Shown piece by piece: positions 61,667 through 64,000 of a stretch of DNA of 64,000 bases. The stretch's first letter is position 1. Each line of letters starts with the position of its first letter. Location: positions 16,616,001-16,680,000 of the forward strand of contig OZ281500.1 in the NCBI GenBank assembly GCA_965637545.1, in the 5' to 3' direction. The notes under the pieces were generated by a model. That model was not told the origin of the DNA, did not search any database, and saw nothing but the letters and a program-made list of their open reading frames with translations. This DNA is from Phallusia mammillata (taxonomy: Eukaryota). The position numbers were made by a program, and so were the translations under genes.

Positions 61667-64000
61667 ATCTAAAACGATTTTTGACATCTAATAAACTTAT
61701 TTTAATAGTCCTTGTCTGATTTTAATGTTGTCTATGGTGTTGCCTACTTAGTTGATTGGCTCCAACTTATAAGTCAAAAAGCTGCCTAAATTCCTATGAA
61801 AAACGTTATGACGCGTTGTGTCATTTTCCTGTTTGAACGTAGCAAGCAAATTAAGTAATAATAGGAATTATATTGTTTAATTTCTTGGGATTGGAACGGT
61901 ACTGAAAAGAGTAATAACGAAAATCACCATTCCTTTCAGATAGTCTATCACTATCTAATAATCGAAACTAAATTGCGCGACCATAGTTGTGTTATCCATG
62001 CAGCAATAAGTTCGTGTAGCAGTGAGTGAAAGCCATGCCCAAATGCGGTAGTTCCATCTTTGGAATGAATTATCAACAGAAAACAAAGACTTAATGGTTG
62101 CTTGTACACCCATTGCTATGCGAACAAACCCAAAGGTTTCTATTCCCAGGCAAGAAGCACTTGGCATAATGTGACCACCCCCTGCACAGGCACGTTAACG
62201 ACTAAGCGACCTTGCAAGTCAAATAAAGAGACACTTCGGTTACGCAAACATCTCCTGAAAGGGACGATTTCACTTGAAAATTCAACCTTTCCCAACCTCA
62301 GTTTTAACTTGACACCTTGACGTCATAATACCAGGGGTCAAGGGTTGCTTGTTTGAATGGGTGAGACGATTGGGGGGCGCTGCTGTAAATGGGTTGGGTG
62401 ATGTTTTTATTGTCATACTAACACTAATGTGTTCGTGCGCACTATTTAAATGGGTTTGGGGTGACTCTTAGCTTTCGAAACTTTATGGGATTATGCGTTT
62501 TGTTGAGAGAGTGATAAATTTCAGTGGTTACTTGAAAAAGGCTGTTAAAAACTTTTTGTAACACAATGGGAGTCTGTATTAACGACAGATGTAAAGCTGT
62601 CAATTCGTTTTGATCAAATACAGGATTGACAAGAAAAAAACAAGTCTATGTATGTATAGTAGTAGGTTTGCCACTGTTCGACAAGCGTTAACTATGTTTA
62701 ATTTTAGACACAAACACGTGAACAATCGCTTCACGGGTCCAGTAATTGGACAAACATCCTTTTCTTCATCCGTGCACTTGTTAAGGTAGTCACTGGCTGA
62801 CAGACTATATCAATACAGCAGCTGAAACAAGTGCACGTATCCGACGAACATAACGTACATCCGGGGGCTATGGTAGACGTTTGTTTGCTTACTGCAACCG
62901 ACTTTCGCAGACAGACAGAAGGGCGCACGACAAGAAATCGGGTCACCTGGCTTTAATGACGTAAACAATGCTATCCTGCTTGTTTCGTCATAATGGCAGA
63001 TGACCTCACAATAAGATCAAATCATGCCATTACCGTTACTACCAGCTGAGACGATGCAGACAGACCCTTCACAATTTTTTTTACTTTTTTTTGTCTGTAG
63101 AGACAACTTAACGCATTGACCTTGTTTTGTTATCCAAGCAAATTGCACTACATCCGTATTTGCATAAAACGGTCGAAAATACTTTGACAAAACTAAATAG
63201 AATTTTGACGTATGTATGTTTTTATTTCTTTTATTACAGCATGAACTGTCACAATTGCTGCAGCTAAAAAGGATGCAAATTAACAGTAACCAAACATTGT
63301 TATTTTAAACGAAACTGGTATACTATTTCTGACCGGAAAAGCAATAATTGTCACTTGACCATCCGCATTATTAGCCGCTTGTCTCGTCATAATAATGACA
63401 ACGTAGCTCTTTCTGTAATCATTCATTTCCCTTGTTACAGATTACTACTGCAATGTGATACATTAATTCGACACAAATCACTTAATCTACTTTCTAACAT
63501 CCGGCGGGTAGTATTTGATTTGACCACAAAACTAAAATCGCTATACAGAAAACCGAAAGTTATCACTAAGCCAAAATCAAATCCAATATATTGTACACAT
63601 TAAAATTACAATGCACTTTCCGTTTCAAAACAGCGTTTGATAAATCGCAACAAGATAATGAAATTCCAATAAAGCAACAAAACATTTTATCTCGTTTTAA
63701 CGCGTTTAGCAACTTTTTGCAACGTGTCAGATTTAAAACCTTTGATTTCTATTTATGTCTTGAAGAGACACGTCCAGCTCTTTACAGGTCGCCAAAGGTG
63801 ACCTTGTCAAAATACAATCCACAATATTTTGTACAACAAAGCAGTTAAACTTGTCATGACGCGAACAATGCTTTTGGAAACGCATTGATCAACTGTTCAA
63901 ACTTCTGACATTGTCACCGTGTTTTATTAAAGAGCGCCACATTTTGATGAGGCTAAACTCGGCTAAGAAGTAAATGAAAAAACCCTTTTAGTATTCAGTT

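Noticed and set aside
62731-62946. Cys-rich minus-strand ORF and nearby candidate exons
   Set aside because: No consistent frame across splice sites and no recognisable domain.
1-64000. tRNA, rRNA, CRISPR arrays and most other short ORFs in the track
   Set aside because: No cloverleaf, rRNA or repeat-spacer pattern seen; the remaining ORFs are antisense shadows of exons or unsupported AT-rich frames.

Overview
AT-rich eukaryotic genomic DNA with short GT-AG introns and small hAT-type MITEs; an invertebrate chordate, probably an ascidian, is my inference from style only. I rebuilt three intron-containing genes by hand, all on the minus strand. (1) A 12-exon CNBD2-like protein with two cyclic-nucleotide-binding domains (12258-17402). 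(2) An 18-exon type I membrane protein with an unusual architecture: signal peptide, degenerate Gla domain, 3 TSP1, 2 laminin G, 1 Ig, TM and a Lys/His-rich tail (32285-46747). (3) A 2-exon Goliath/GRAIL-type PA-domain protein that lacks the RING and ends in a Thr-rich stalk plus a GPI-signal-like tail (49950-56823). The 3' half of gene 2 is amplified as a 4-copy tandem array with a 4647-bp period (17977-36603). The three extra copies keep open exons and start at a junction-created in-frame ATG. An intron of gene 2 carries a Penelope-type minimal hammerhead ribozyme motif. I could not resolve genes in 1-12200 or 57300-64000. All gene models are manual and untested by RNA data or database search.
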